Shown: piece by piece, positions 7,780-17,899 of the stretch
Position numbering within the stretch: the first letter of the stretch is position 1
Layout of the letters: each line of letters starts with the position of its first letter
NCBI GenBank assembly: GCA_963850905.1
Contig: CAWKMU010000003.1
Location: forward strand, 3,360,001-3,424,000
Source: an uncultured Gemmatimonadales bacterium
Lineage (GTDB): Bacteria; Gemmatimonadota; Gemmatimonadetes; Gemmatimonadales; Gemmatimonadaceae
DNA length: 64,000 nt
Direction of reading: 5' to 3'
Notes under the pieces: model-generated
The model's database searches: none
What the model saw: the letters and a program-made list of their open reading frames with translations, nothing else
What the model was told of the DNA's origin: nothing
Made by a program: the position numbers and the translations under genes

Positions 7780-8075
7780 CTGTGATTGCCATGGTCGTCG
7801 TCATCGCGTTTATCATCGCCGCCGCCTATACGGCCACGACGGTGGCTCGCGTCGCCGCCCGCTGGAACCTGCAGCGGCACGGCCACGGGGTCGATTCGGC
7901 CGCGCTCGAGGAGCGCCTGGCAAGGCTCGAAGCCTCCGTCGAAGGACTCGGGGTGCAGACGCAGCGGCTGACCGACGGCCACCGCTTTTTCACGGAGTTG
8001 CTGACCAATCGCCCGCCGGCCGCGATCGGCGGCGCCAAGGGCACCGATTCTGTCGGGAAAAGCAGCGGCAGGTAG
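7776..8075 (+). CDS. Small membrane protein (TM helix plus coiled coil), PspB-like; paralog 2
   Basis: GTGA overlap with paralog 1, GGAGG RBS; LEERLARLEASVEGLGVQTQRLTDGHRFFTELL. Confidence 0.75.
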   Translation: MTVIAMVVVIAFIIAAAYTATTVARVAARWNLQRHGHGVDSAALEERLARLEASVEGLGVQTQRLTDGHRFFTELLTNRPPAAIGGAKGTDSVGKSSGR

Positions 8076-8107
8076 GACGACGGCCCGGCCCCGCCCGTCG
8101 CCCCCCT

Positions 8108-8965
8108 TCACACGTCGACCAGTTCCCCGCGGAACACAATCCGCCCCTCGCCACGGAGCGACGCCGCCCAACGGTCGTCGTCCCGCCGCACGGTCACGTC
8201 CACCGGCTTCCCCGACCGCGTCCAGATGCGCACCAGCGGACCGGCATCCTCCTTCCAGGCCAGCAGCAGCGTGGCCGCCGCGATTGCACCAGTCCCACAG
8301 GCGAGCGTCTCCCCCTCCACTCCCCGCTCGTACGTGCGCATCGACCATCCGCCGCGAGCGTCCCGCGCGAGGAAGTTGACATTCGCACCCGGTGGCCCGG
8401 CCCAGGCGTCGTGACGAAGGGTCCGACCGCGTGCGATGACATCGACCGACTCGACATCGTCCACGACGACCACGAAATGCGGCACGCCCACGAGCGCATA
8501 CCCGATCACCGCCTCTCCCGCGGCGCGCGCCACCGCCGTGTTCATCGTCACTCGCTCGATCCGTCCCACGTCGAACTCGGGCGTGCCCGAGACGATGCGT
8601 CCACGCAGAATGCCGGAGTCGGTCGCGATGCGGAGCGTCGAGCCGGGTGACGCGATGTCGAGCGCATGCGCGAGTCGCACGGTACACAGGGTTGCGTTGC
8701 CGCACAGATCGGCCGGTGAGCCGTCGCTGTTAACGTAGCGAATCCTCACATCGGCGGCGGGATCGCCTTCCAGGAGCACGACCCCATCCGCGCCGACGCC
8801 AGTGCCGCGAGCACAGAGCTCCCGAATGCGCTCGGCTGACAGATCCATCGGATCGTGGCGTGCGTCCAGGAAGAGGAAGTCGTTCCCCGATCCGGTCAAC
8901 TTGAAAAACTGGGTCACAACGGCATCACCATCGGCCTGCTCCACTCCTTCAACAGGGCTATGCAC
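8108..8965 (-). CDS. dapF: Diaminopimelate epimerase
   Basis: FKLTGSGNDF, GVGADG, CGNA, RTYERGVEGETLACGTG; start may be GTG 8917. Confidence 0.95.
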   Translation of the reverse strand: MHSPVEGVEQADGDAVVTQFFKLTGSGNDFLFLDARHDPMDLSAERIRELCARGTGVGADGVVLLEGDPAADVRIRYVNSDGSPADLCGNATLCTVRLAHALDIASPGSTLRIATDSGILRGRIVSGTPEFDVGRIERVTMNTAVARAAGEAVIGYALVGVPHFVVVVDDVESVDVIARGRTLRHDAWAGPPGANVNFLARDARGGWSMRTYERGVEGETLACGTGAIAAATLLLAWKEDAGPLVRIWTRSGKPVDVTVRRDDDRWAASLRGEGRIVFRGELVDV

Positions 8966-9680
8966 GTCCCGTCAACGACCACCAACGCAGACGCCATACC
9001 ATCCAGACGGCCTCTCGCACGATGCGCTTCGACATTTTGCTCTCGCCCTCGCTGCGATCGACAAAGGTGATCGGGATCTCGACGATACGGAACTGCCGGC
9101 GCCACGCGCGGAATGTCATCTCGATCTGGAACGCGTACCCGTTCGAGCGGACGTCCGCGAGATCGATCGTCTCGAGGATCCCGCGACGGAAGCACTTGAA
9201 GCCGCCCGTGAGATCGTCGAACGGCATGCCGGTCACGTTGCGCGCGTAGATGTTCGCGAACCAGCTCAGGATGAGTCGCGACATCGGCCAGTTCACCACC
9301 GTCACGCGGCCTTTCTGATACCGCGACCCGAGCACGAGGTCCGCCGTCTGGATGGCCGTGAGAAAGTCGGTCAGATGCGTCGGGTCATGCGAAAAGTCGG
9401 CATCCATCTCGAACAGGTAGTCGTAGTCCTGCTCGAGCCCCCACCGAAAGCCAGCCACGTACGCCGTCCCGAGCCCCATCTTCGCCGGGCGGTGCAGCAC
9501 ATGCACGCGCGTGTTCCCCGCCGCGAGCGAGTCGACGATCGCGCCCGTCCCGTCCGGTGAGTTGTCGTCGACAACCAGCACCTCGAGTCGTGGATCCTGC
9601 GCGAGCACGCTCGTGATCAGTCGCTGAATGTTGGCCTGCTCGTTGTAGGTCGGAACGATGACGAGGGCCCGTTCAGCCAT
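8958..9680 (-). CDS. Polyprenol monophosphomannose synthase (GT2, Dpm1/Ppm1-like)
   Basis: VIVPTYNE, VDDNSPDGT, GLGTAY, MDADFSH, DLTGGFK, GYAFQIE. Confidence 0.93.
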   Translation of the reverse strand: MAERALVIVPTYNEQANIQRLITSVLAQDPRLEVLVVDDNSPDGTGAIVDSLAAGNTRVHVLHRPAKMGLGTAYVAGFRWGLEQDYDYLFEMDADFSHDPTHLTDFLTAIQTADLVLGSRYQKGRVTVVNWPMSRLILSWFANIYARNVTGMPFDDLTGGFKCFRRGILETIDLADVRSNGYAFQIEMTFRAWRRQFRIVEIPITFVDRSEGESKMSKRIVREAVWMVWRLRWWSLTGRA

Positions 9681-12084
9681 GGCGGCGGCGCGAGGGGAGG
9701 ACCGCGGCCGCCATCCAGCCCAGCGCGAGGACGGCGGCAACCAGCGTGATCATCTTGCCCAGTTCGTACACGTGACTCGTGAACGTGAGGTCGACGACCG
9801 TGGCTCCGGCAGTCAACGGCACGCCGATCAGCGTATAGTCGGCGCGCGCCGCGACCGCGGGCTTCCCATCGACCGTCGCGACCCAGCCCGGAAAGTAATT
9901 CTCGGACACGATCAGCGATGCATTCGCGGGCGCGGGCTTATCCAACTTGAACGTCATGTGCCCCGGATCGTTCCGCGTCGCCGTCACGCCGATGCCCAGC
10001 GGCGTCGGCGGCGTCGTGACCTGCTGCGCTGCGACCGGGGCGGCACTATCGTACACGGCCGCCGCTGTGGGGTCGAATCGCGGGTCGGTCACGGTCGCGA
10101 GCGCCTGGTCGTCGCCCGCCTTCACCGACACCGGCGTGGTCCACGCGAACGGATTCTCGCCCGGCAGACGGTACAGGTAGATCGTCGATCCCGACGCGTC
10201 GCGCGCCGGCCCGACCAGCAGGCGGAACCCGGGCACCTGGAGGTTGCCGATGTTGGTCAACAGATATTGCACATTCAGGAGCCGCCAAATCTGCGGCGAC
10301 CCGAGGATCGCCTGGTATTCACGCTCCTGCTCGCGACCCGCGAGCACATCGTACCGATGGATCTGATTGCCGTGGTAGCCAAGCGCCTCCGGAATGCGAT
10401 GAATCATCAGCGCGTTGCCTTGACCGATCTCCGGATCGCGCGCGGTGAGTCCGGGACCTTGCACGGTCAGCACGCGGCCCGGTTGCGGCTGGCCTTGGAT
10501 ATACCGCACCGCGGAGTCCGACGCATACGCGATGGACGCTGGCGGCGAGAACTGCCAGTAGAGGCGCTCGATGCTCCACAGGTCCGCTGCGACGACGAGG
10601 GCGATCAGCCACAGGGCCACACGTCCCGGCACCTTGTCGTCCCGGATCAGGACCAGCACGCCAACGATCAGCCCCACAAACAGCAGCGAGCGCGCGGCGC
10701 CCCACGCGACCGCGGACGCGTTGGCCTGGACGAGATCCGCCAATTGCGGTATCGCGAGCGCCGCCGAGAACGTGGTTAAGACACCACCGACCGCCATGAG
10801 GGCAATGACCGCCGCGACGGCCACCCAGATGACACCGTAGCGCATTCGCACATCGCGCCGCAGGACGTTCTCGACTCCGTACCCCGCCAGCACGGCCACC
10901 GCGAAGCCCGTGAGGAAGAAGATCGTCGACGGCGCTCGAAAGTACTTGGTGCCCGGCACGAGCACATAGATGACGTGGAATAGGGGCGTGTATCCGCCGA
11001 GCGCCCACACGGCGGCGACCAGCGCGACGATGAGCCAGAACCGGACCGCCCGGCGCCGCGCCTCTGGCGTCCCGATGAACGCGCAGCCCGCCAGCACGAG
11101 CACGGCGGCGCCGAGGTACTCGCTGTGGAAATGGATGCCATTCCGTCCCCAGTAGTTCTCCAGGATCCCGGTGAACTGAGGGAGATACGTATTGAACAGC
11201 TCTTCTGGTGGCATCGCCCAGGAGGCGGCCCACTCATAGCCGTGCGTGGCCGCGCCGGCGGCCCCGCGGGGCGAGAACTGCACGTATTGCGCGACCGGCA
11301 GGAATTGGATGGCACCGATACAGAGTCCGAGCACGACCGCGAGCAGTGCCCACCCCACGCGACGAACGGCGACAGGCCGCTCGGGTGAGACACCGGGGCC
11401 GGCCCAGAACGCGAGGTACAGGGCCCACGCACCCGACGCGAGCAACATGTACTGCAGCAACTGGGGGTGGGGTGTCAGCACGGCCAGTCCGACGGTGAGC
11501 GCCAGCGCCGGCCAAGCCCATCGACGATCATCCCGCACGCCAGAGGTCAGGAGCAAGAGCGCCAACGGAAGCAAGGCGCTGACGTACAGCTTCCCGTCGT
11601 GCCCTGGGGACACGTACGACGAGATGGGGCCACCCATCATGTAGGCGAGGCCACCGATCAGCGCGCCCGAAAACGCGAGGCCCACCTTTCGCAAAAACAG
11701 GTAGGTGAGCCAACCGCACAGGAAGATGTGGATGATGAACGCCCACGTGACGAACATGTCGGGCCGCAAGAGGAGCCGAAGCACGAGACTCGGGGGGTAG
11801 AAAATGTCCCCATTCATCGCGCCCACGTACGGCATCCCCCCGAACAAGTAGGGGTTCCACAAGGGGAAATGCCCGGTCTGGCGGAGGATCGTGGTGCCAA
11901 AGGTGCGCACCGCGTAGCCACCGATGAACTGATCGCTCTGCGGCGGCGCCAAAAAGCCGCCGCCGAACGCCGGGTAGCACAAGACAACTGTGCAGACGGC
12001 ATACACGAGCGCGGCCCAAGCGCTGGCCAGACGCGGCGAAAACTGCGGCGCCTCAGGTGTAGAGCGGGCTTTTGGGGGAGCCAT
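9673..12084 (-). CDS. YfhO-family polytopic membrane protein (GT-C-like)
   Basis: PLWNPYLFGGMP motif, many TM helices, C-terminal ENYFPGWVATVDGK. Confidence 0.88.
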   Translation of the reverse strand: MAPPKARSTPEAPQFSPRLASAWAALVYAVCTVVLCYPAFGGGFLAPPQSDQFIGGYAVRTFGTTILRQTGHFPLWNPYLFGGMPYVGAMNGDIFYPPSLVLRLLLRPDMFVTWAFIIHIFLCGWLTYLFLRKVGLAFSGALIGGLAYMMGGPISSYVSPGHDGKLYVSALLPLALLLLTSGVRDDRRWAWPALALTVGLAVLTPHPQLLQYMLLASGAWALYLAFWAGPGVSPERPVAVRRVGWALLAVVLGLCIGAIQFLPVAQYVQFSPRGAAGAATHGYEWAASWAMPPEELFNTYLPQFTGILENYWGRNGIHFHSEYLGAAVLVLAGCAFIGTPEARRRAVRFWLIVALVAAVWALGGYTPLFHVIYVLVPGTKYFRAPSTIFFLTGFAVAVLAGYGVENVLRRDVRMRYGVIWVAVAAVIALMAVGGVLTTFSAALAIPQLADLVQANASAVAWGAARSLLFVGLIVGVLVLIRDDKVPGRVALWLIALVVAADLWSIERLYWQFSPPASIAYASDSAVRYIQGQPQPGRVLTVQGPGLTARDPEIGQGNALMIHRIPEALGYHGNQIHRYDVLAGREQEREYQAILGSPQIWRLLNVQYLLTNIGNLQVPGFRLLVGPARDASGSTIYLYRLPGENPFAWTTPVSVKAGDDQALATVTDPRFDPTAAAVYDSAAPVAAQQVTTPPTPLGIGVTATRNDPGHMTFKLDKPAPANASLIVSENYFPGWVATVDGKPAVAARADYTLIGVPLTAGATVVDLTFTSHVYELGKMITLVAAVLALGWMAAAVLPSRRRHG

Positions 12085-12103
12085 TGCTGACGAAAAGTGC
12101 GCG

Positions 12104-12133
12104 TTGCACGGTGCGTGCGCTAGCAGCTAGCTT
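12104..12133 (+). promoter_or_regulatory. sigma70-type promoter, probably leaderless, for the methyltransferase
   Basis: TTGCAC-N18-TAGCTT; ATG follows 8 nt later with no SD. Confidence 0.45.
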
Positions 12134-12141
12134 CCGCGCCC

Positions 12142-12816
12142 ATGCGCGGATCGGCGCTCCGCGACTTCTACGATCGCGAATATCACTTCGGGGAAGACGT
12201 CGACCGGCCCAACCCGGATCGGCTGTGGCGCGCGCTGCGCGAGCTCGAGCCGTTGGCGCACACGAGTCTGCTCGATCTCGGATGCGGCGTCGGATGGGCG
12301 ACACGGATTGCCGTCGAGCGTGGCCGTGTCGACCTTGCGGTGGGCCTGGACTTCTCACGGACGGCGCTGGCCCTTGGCGCGCAGTCCACACGCGACTGGC
12401 AGGCGCCGGCCGCCACCCGCGTCTCCTGGGTCTGTGGCGACGGCGGAGCCCTGCCCTTCGCCGATCGCACCTTCGATCGGGCGTTCTCGTTCGGGTCGAT
12501 GGAGCATTTTCCAGACGTCGCGCTCGGCTTCACCGAGCTTGCGCGCGTCCTCCGGTCGGGCGGTGTGGCCGTGACGGTCGTTCCCAATTTCTACGTGCGC
12601 ACCGCGCAGCCAGTTGAGCACCGCGACACCATCGCCGGCTGGAAGCGAGTCATCGCGCCATCAGGCCTCGAGGTCGTGCGGGTCGGCGCGGATCGCGGAC
12701 CAGCCATCTTCAAGAACCGGCGCCCCGCACGCATTGCGCTCCGCCTCGGACTCCGTCTCCTCGGGGCCGTCCCCGCCCTTCGCTATCAGTTCATTCTGGT
12801 GCTGCGGAAGCCCTGA
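12142..12816 (+). CDS. Class I SAM-dependent methyltransferase
   Basis: LLDLGCGVG motif I, GLDFS, LPFADRTFD, LARVLRSGG. Confidence 0.9.
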   Translation: MRGSALRDFYDREYHFGEDVDRPNPDRLWRALRELEPLAHTSLLDLGCGVGWATRIAVERGRVDLAVGLDFSRTALALGAQSTRDWQAPAATRVSWVCGDGGALPFADRTFDRAFSFGSMEHFPDVALGFTELARVLRSGGVAVTVVPNFYVRTAQPVEHRDTIAGWKRVIAPSGLEVVRVGADRGPAIFKNRRPARIALRLGLRLLGAVPALRYQFILVLRKP

Positions 12817-13771
12817 CGCGGCGCAGCCGCCAGTCGATCGCCAGCACCGTGAGCGCCCCGATGATCTCCAGCGACACCAGCCAGAGACGCGAGGCCACTG
12901 CCAGGACGAGCGCACGATCGGATCCGATCGCGGAGCTGAGCTGCAGCACCAGTGCGCCTTCCCGCACCACAATCCCCCCAGGCGCGAACACAGCGATCAA
13001 CCCGAGCAGGTAGCTCGACAGATAGGCCGTGCCAGCGAGCCACATGTGCGGGGCATCTGCGCCGAAAAGCGCCCGTCCGAACAACCAGAACGCGAATCCG
13101 TAGCCAACCCACCCCAGCGCCGCGCGGACGACGTACACCGCGAACGCACCGGGTGGCGGCGCCGGGAGCGGCACCGGCCGCTTGATCACTCGCTCGGCCC
13201 AGCGCCGCACGACGGGCAGCGCGCGCGGACCGACTCCGACCAGCGCCGCCGTGAGGAGCGCCGCCAGCGCCGCTTGCGAGAGAGTGTCCATGGTCTGCGC
13301 CCACGCGCCCAAGAGGTGCGGGGCCCCACTCAGGATCAACACAAACCCTGTCGCGAGCAGCACGACCTGCTGCAGCAGCACGCCCACGGAGGCGGCGACG
13401 GGCGATACCCCGACCTGCGCACTCATCGCCGCCAACCCTGCGAACTGCCACACGGCACCGGGCACGTACCGCGCCAGATTCGAGACGAAGAAGATCCGCA
13501 TCGCCTGAAACCAGGTCAACGGACGCGGCGTCGTGCGAAGGGCGGCGTTCCACCAGGGCAGACTGCTGGACCAGAGCTGGACGAGCTGCGCATACAATGC
13601 CATCCAGACGACGGACGCCGCCGCCAGGGTCCCCCACTGCAGCTTGGGGTGCGCGCTCCGCAAGGTCGGACCGGCCAGCCGAACGAACCCGTACAGCGCA
13701 GCCAGCGCCGCGAGGACCGCTACGACCTCGCCAATGGTGACGAGCCGCCGTCGCCAGCGCGGGCGACGCAC
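12791..13771 (-). CDS. Lysylphosphatidylglycerol-synthase-TM / flippase-like membrane protein (UPF0104-like)
   Basis: SNLARYVPG and APGGIVVREG motifs, multiple TM helices; start uncertain (ORF extends to 13831). Confidence 0.8.
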   Translation of the reverse strand: MRRPRWRRRLVTIGEVVAVLAALAALYGFVRLAGPTLRSAHPKLQWGTLAAASVVWMALYAQLVQLWSSSLPWWNAALRTTPRPLTWFQAMRIFFVSNLARYVPGAVWQFAGLAAMSAQVGVSPVAASVGVLLQQVVLLATGFVLILSGAPHLLGAWAQTMDTLSQAALAALLTAALVGVGPRALPVVRRWAERVIKRPVPLPAPPPGAFAVYVVRAALGWVGYGFAFWLFGRALFGADAPHMWLAGTAYLSSYLLGLIAVFAPGGIVVREGALVLQLSSAIGSDRALVLAVASRLWLVSLEIIGALTVLAIDWRLRRVRASAAPE

Positions 13772-13944
13772 ATTCGCCGCTTCCGTCAGACCAATGCACC
13801 CACCGCCGCGCCACACGCCTGAGCCGGCCACGGGCGCGCGGCGGTCTGAGACCCCTGGCTGACAGTCAGTGGATGCGAGCGGAGCATCATCGACGGAGTA
13901 TACCTGCGTTGCCGCTCGGACGCACGCCGGGCATCATTTGCGTC

Positions 13945-15150
13945 GTGCGCATTTTGATCGTATCGACCGCGTTTCCGCGGTATCCCAATGATCCGACGGC
14001 CAAGTGGCTCGTGGAGACCATCCGACGCTTGGCTGCCGAGGGCTACGAGTTCGAGGTCCTGACGTCGGCATATCGCGGTGGCGGCAATGCATCGTTCGAT
14101 GGCATTCCGGTCCATCGCTTCCGCTATTTCTTCGCTCGCTGGGAGCGCCTCACGCATGAGGAGTCCGCACCGGATCGGATGCGACGCTCCCTGCTGTACA
14201 AGATCCTGCCGGTGTTCTACCTGTTGAGTGGTACCGTGGCTGCATGGCGACTCGGCCGTCGCGGCAACTTCGACGTCGTGCACGTGCACTGGCCCGTGCC
14301 GCACGCGCTCTTCGGCTGGGCGGCACGCGCGGGCGCGCGCCGACGCCCCAGGTTGATCGCGCATTTCTATAGCATCGAGTTGCGGTGGGTGCGGCACTCG
14401 CTCCGCATACTGACCGGGTTTCTGCGACGGGCCATTACGACGGCCGATCGCGTCGTGGCGATCTCCACCAGCACGGCGCGCGAGATCCAGCATGTCGCGC
14501 CCGTGCCTGTCGAAGTCATCCCGTACGCCGTCGATCTGCCGCATCCCTCACAGATCCCGTCGCGCAACTCGGGACCCACCCGGGTGCTGTACGTGGGGCG
14601 GCTCGTCGAGCGGAAAGGCGTGCGCTATCTGATCGAGGCGCTTGCCGCGCTCGAGCCCAGCCTGCACGCCGAGGCGACGATCATCGGTGATGGCCCGGAA
14701 CGGGAGGCACTACAATCGACAGCCCGCGACCTCGGCGTGGCCGATCGCGTGACGTTTCGCGGCTGGGTGACACCCGAAGAGCTCGACCAGGCCTACAGCG
14801 ACGCCACCGTGTTCGCCCTGCCCGCGGTCGTCGACGCGCGGGGCGACACCGAGGGCCTCGGCATGGTGCTGCTGGAGGCAATGACCTACCAGCTGCCAGT
14901 CGTATCGACACCACTCGGGGGCATCACCGACATCGTGAGCGACGGCGAGACAGGCCTCCTCGTCCCGCCCAACGATGCGCCTGCCTTGGCCCGTGCGATT
15001 GCGACGCTCGTGACCGACAGGGCGCTCGCCAAACGCCTCGCGATCGCCGGCCAGCAATACGCCGAGCAGCACTTCGGGTGGGACGGCGTGCTCGCCGCCT
15101 GGCGAGGGTTATACGCGGGTGCCGCGCGCGCCTCGACATCCACGGATTAG
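13945..15150 (+). CDS. Glycosyltransferase family 4
   Basis: YVGRLVERKG, EGLGMVLLEAM, GLLVPP; GTG start at VRILIVSTAFPRY preceded by TTGCCG-N17-CATCAT. Confidence 0.92.
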   Translation: MRILIVSTAFPRYPNDPTAKWLVETIRRLAAEGYEFEVLTSAYRGGGNASFDGIPVHRFRYFFARWERLTHEESAPDRMRRSLLYKILPVFYLLSGTVAAWRLGRRGNFDVVHVHWPVPHALFGWAARAGARRRPRLIAHFYSIELRWVRHSLRILTGFLRRAITTADRVVAISTSTAREIQHVAPVPVEVIPYAVDLPHPSQIPSRNSGPTRVLYVGRLVERKGVRYLIEALAALEPSLHAEATIIGDGPEREALQSTARDLGVADRVTFRGWVTPEELDQAYSDATVFALPAVVDARGDTEGLGMVLLEAMTYQLPVVSTPLGGITDIVSDGETGLLVPPNDAPALARAIATLVTDRALAKRLAIAGQQYAEQHFGWDGVLAAWRGLYAGAARASTSTD

Positions 15151-15172
15151 ATCGCCGTCCAACGGACACGAC

Positions 15173-16699
15173 CTACCGCATGGGTACGCGCACGGATGCC
15201 TCGTGCTCGCCCCGCGGCAGCGTCGCGATGACCCGGCCCTCACGATCGAGCACCGGCACATCGAACGCGCGCGGCGCCGGCCCCGCGAGGGTCACCGAGT
15301 CGACGTCCGCGCGGACGACGGTTACGGCTCGGCGAAGCCGACGCCACGCGACGATACGCTCGAGCGGTGCAACGTATGGCTGGTCAGCGACCAGAGACGT
15401 CACCAGCCGCTCGTACGCAGCGCTCGCACCGGGATAGCCAAGCGGCGCGGTGAGGTTTGGATGCCAGAGGCCGACCCAAAGCCCCTCCACACGACGACTG
15501 GCCGCGGCCACGTCGAGGGCGTCATCCACCCATCGGACTGGATCCTCAATGCGCTGATACTTGCTCTGCGCCCGATCCATCCAGGTGAGCGGTACTTCGT
15601 CGAGCCGCGACCGGCTGCCCTCTGTGGCATTCCACGACGGGACGACATCGGCGACACCAAGCCGGAAGCCGTTGCGATCGGGAAAGCCGAACGTCGCGTC
15701 GTAGTCGAAACCGGCGGCGACCATGGCACGCTGTGTGGCGCCGGGTCGCATGCGAAGGAAGTGCTGCCGCACTCCCGACGGTGTGTGTCCGACGAGCTCC
15801 GCCAGGCGTGCACGCTGCGAGACGAATGCCTCGCCCTGCTCCATCGTGATGAAGCTTCCGTGCAGACCCATTTCGTGGCCGCCGTCCCGGACCGCGCGAA
15901 ACAGCGCGCGTGCGCGGGCGGAGGTCGGGCGATAGGTGAGATCTCCCTGTCGAAACGAGTCGAGCGTCGGCGTGCCGCACAGCACGAACCACGTCGAGGT
16001 GACACCCGCGCGATGCTCGATATGCAGCACCTCGGAGACGCCGAGCATGACGGGGTCCCTCAGCACGTGCCCGCCGGCGGCTCTCACTACTGCGCCGGCG
16101 GTGCGCAGCTGCCCCTTGGCCACCAGCTCGGCCAGTCGCAGCGCAGTAAAGATCGGCCAGACGGCCACCACGTCGACATCATGGGTGAAGGCGGCGGCCC
16201 ACCGGCGCCCATCGGGCCATGGCGCCACGGTGAGCACGGGTCGATGCCCAGCGGCGTTCTCGACCGCCGTGCGCAACGCGTGCGCCGCCGTCGAGACGAC
16301 CGGCTCGCGCTCACGCCCTGCCGCCACCGCGGGGTTGTCGATCGACGGGACGCGGCCATGCCGGTCGACCGCCGTCACTCGTTGCTCGAGCCCCGCCCCA
16401 CCCACGTCGCTCACGGCGCGGAGCAGTGCGCGCGGTACCGACACGACACCATCTCGGAGGTCGTAGCCGCGGGAGAGCGTCGCGATCGCGCCGCGCCCGT
16501 CGTCGCCCGTCGGCTGCGTCGCAGCGTCTGGCTGCAGGTCGACCGCCACGACGTCTGGCGAGCCCGGAGGGCCGCCAGCGGCATCCGGCGCGCCTCGCAC
16601 GCCGTCGATCGCGACCAGTCGCGAGAGGTCCAGCAGCACGTCCCACCCAAACTGCTCCACTGGCGTGAGCGGCGGGTTCGGCCGAGTGAGGTGGATCAC
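15173..16699 (-). CDS. Polysaccharide deacetylase-like (NodB/CE4-type) protein
   Basis: FTHDVD, HEMGLHGS, GVRQHFL, FDYDAT, LWH motifs; start GTG 16699 chosen within ORF 15173..17113. Confidence 0.8.
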   Translation of the reverse strand: MIHLTRPNPPLTPVEQFGWDVLLDLSRLVAIDGVRGAPDAAGGPPGSPDVVAVDLQPDAATQPTGDDGRGAIATLSRGYDLRDGVVSVPRALLRAVSDVGGAGLEQRVTAVDRHGRVPSIDNPAVAAGREREPVVSTAAHALRTAVENAAGHRPVLTVAPWPDGRRWAAAFTHDVDVVAVWPIFTALRLAELVAKGQLRTAGAVVRAAGGHVLRDPVMLGVSEVLHIEHRAGVTSTWFVLCGTPTLDSFRQGDLTYRPTSARARALFRAVRDGGHEMGLHGSFITMEQGEAFVSQRARLAELVGHTPSGVRQHFLRMRPGATQRAMVAAGFDYDATFGFPDRNGFRLGVADVVPSWNATEGSRSRLDEVPLTWMDRAQSKYQRIEDPVRWVDDALDVAAASRRVEGLWVGLWHPNLTAPLGYPGASAAYERLVTSLVADQPYVAPLERIVAWRRLRRAVTVVRADVDSVTLAGPAPRAFDVPVLDREGRVIATLPRGEHEASVRVPMR

Positions 16700-16814
16700 G
16701 CGCGCACCTCGCCCGGATCCGCGTGGATGCCCGGCATGCGCTTGACGGCCGGCAACTGCGCGACCCACCTTCCGGTGCGTGTCACGCCCGCTTGTCCCCA
16801 AATCGCGCATTCCG

Positions 16815-17835
16815 ATGCGGCACCTCGTGCTCTTCGGCTGGCTCCCGAGCCCGCTGAAGGTGTGGGCGTATCGCACGTTCCTGGGATACCGGATTGGACG
16901 GCACGTGAAGATCGCGTTTGGGGGCGTGATTGTCGGGCGACGACGTCGAGCTGGGCGATCACGTCGAGATCGGATTGCTCGCGGTGGTCCAGGGTCGGCG
17001 GATTCGCATCGGGCGCCACTCGTCGATCGCGACCATGTCGTACGTATCGTGCGAATCCATCGAGATCGGCGAAGATGCACGCATTCGCGAACAAGTCTAC
17101 GTCGGCGGGCCACAGTTGCCCGAATCCCGCTTCGTGCTCGGCGATCGAACGATAGTGCTGCAGATGGCCTACATCAATCCGACGAAGCCCGTCATCATCG
17201 GCGACGACACCGGCATCGGTGGCCACTGTCTGATCTTCACGCACGGCGTGTGGCTCAACGTGCTCGATGGATACCCGATGACGTACGAGCCGGTCACGCT
17301 CGGCCGCAGCGTGTGGCTGCCCTGGCGCGTGTTCGTGATGCCGGGCACGACGATCGGCGATGGCACGGTGATCGGCGCCAACTCCCTGGTGTCCGGCACG
17401 ATTCCCCCACGGAGTCTCGCCGTGGGCTCGCCCGCCAAGGTCATTCGGCGCGAACCGGACTTTCCGCGGCCGCTCACTGAGCGTGACCGCGCGGCCCTCG
17501 TCGAGGAGATGCTGCGCGAGTTCGACCGCTACGTCGAGTACAGCGGCGTGACCGTGCAGGCTGCAGCCGCCCCGCGCGCCTACGCCCGAGCGGGCGACAA
17601 CTGGCGCCTCTGGTGGGCACGAGACCCTGCGATGCTCGGGGCGATCCGCCCGGCGCGCGGTGACACAGTGTTCACCGAGGCCGCGCTCACCGCCGAGGCG
17701 TGCACCGCCTACCGCGCGCAGGGCGTCGATTGGCTGGACCTTGCTGGCTACACCCGCAGCCGTGACGGTACGCCCCTCACAGAAGAACTCGCCCAATTCC
17801 TCTGGCGCTACGGCATCCGTCTGATCCGCGATTGA
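16815..17835 (+). CDS. Hexapeptide-repeat (LbH) acyltransferase with C-terminal extension; one apparent frameshift near 16935
   Basis: MRHLVLFGWLP...GGVIVG joins ORF 16930..17835 (IGDDTGIG, IGDGTVIGANSLV, GSPAKVIR) across a GGG run. Confidence 0.8.
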
Positions 17836-17899
17836 GACAGAACCACCATGCGTAGCCGTGGGCCTACCCGCCAGTTGCACGGGCGCGGTCGTTGCCGTT

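Noticed and set aside
5185..8100. Intact Xer-integrated mobile element or prophage at dif
   Set aside because: No second dif/att-like site, replication protein or phage structural gene was found by eye.
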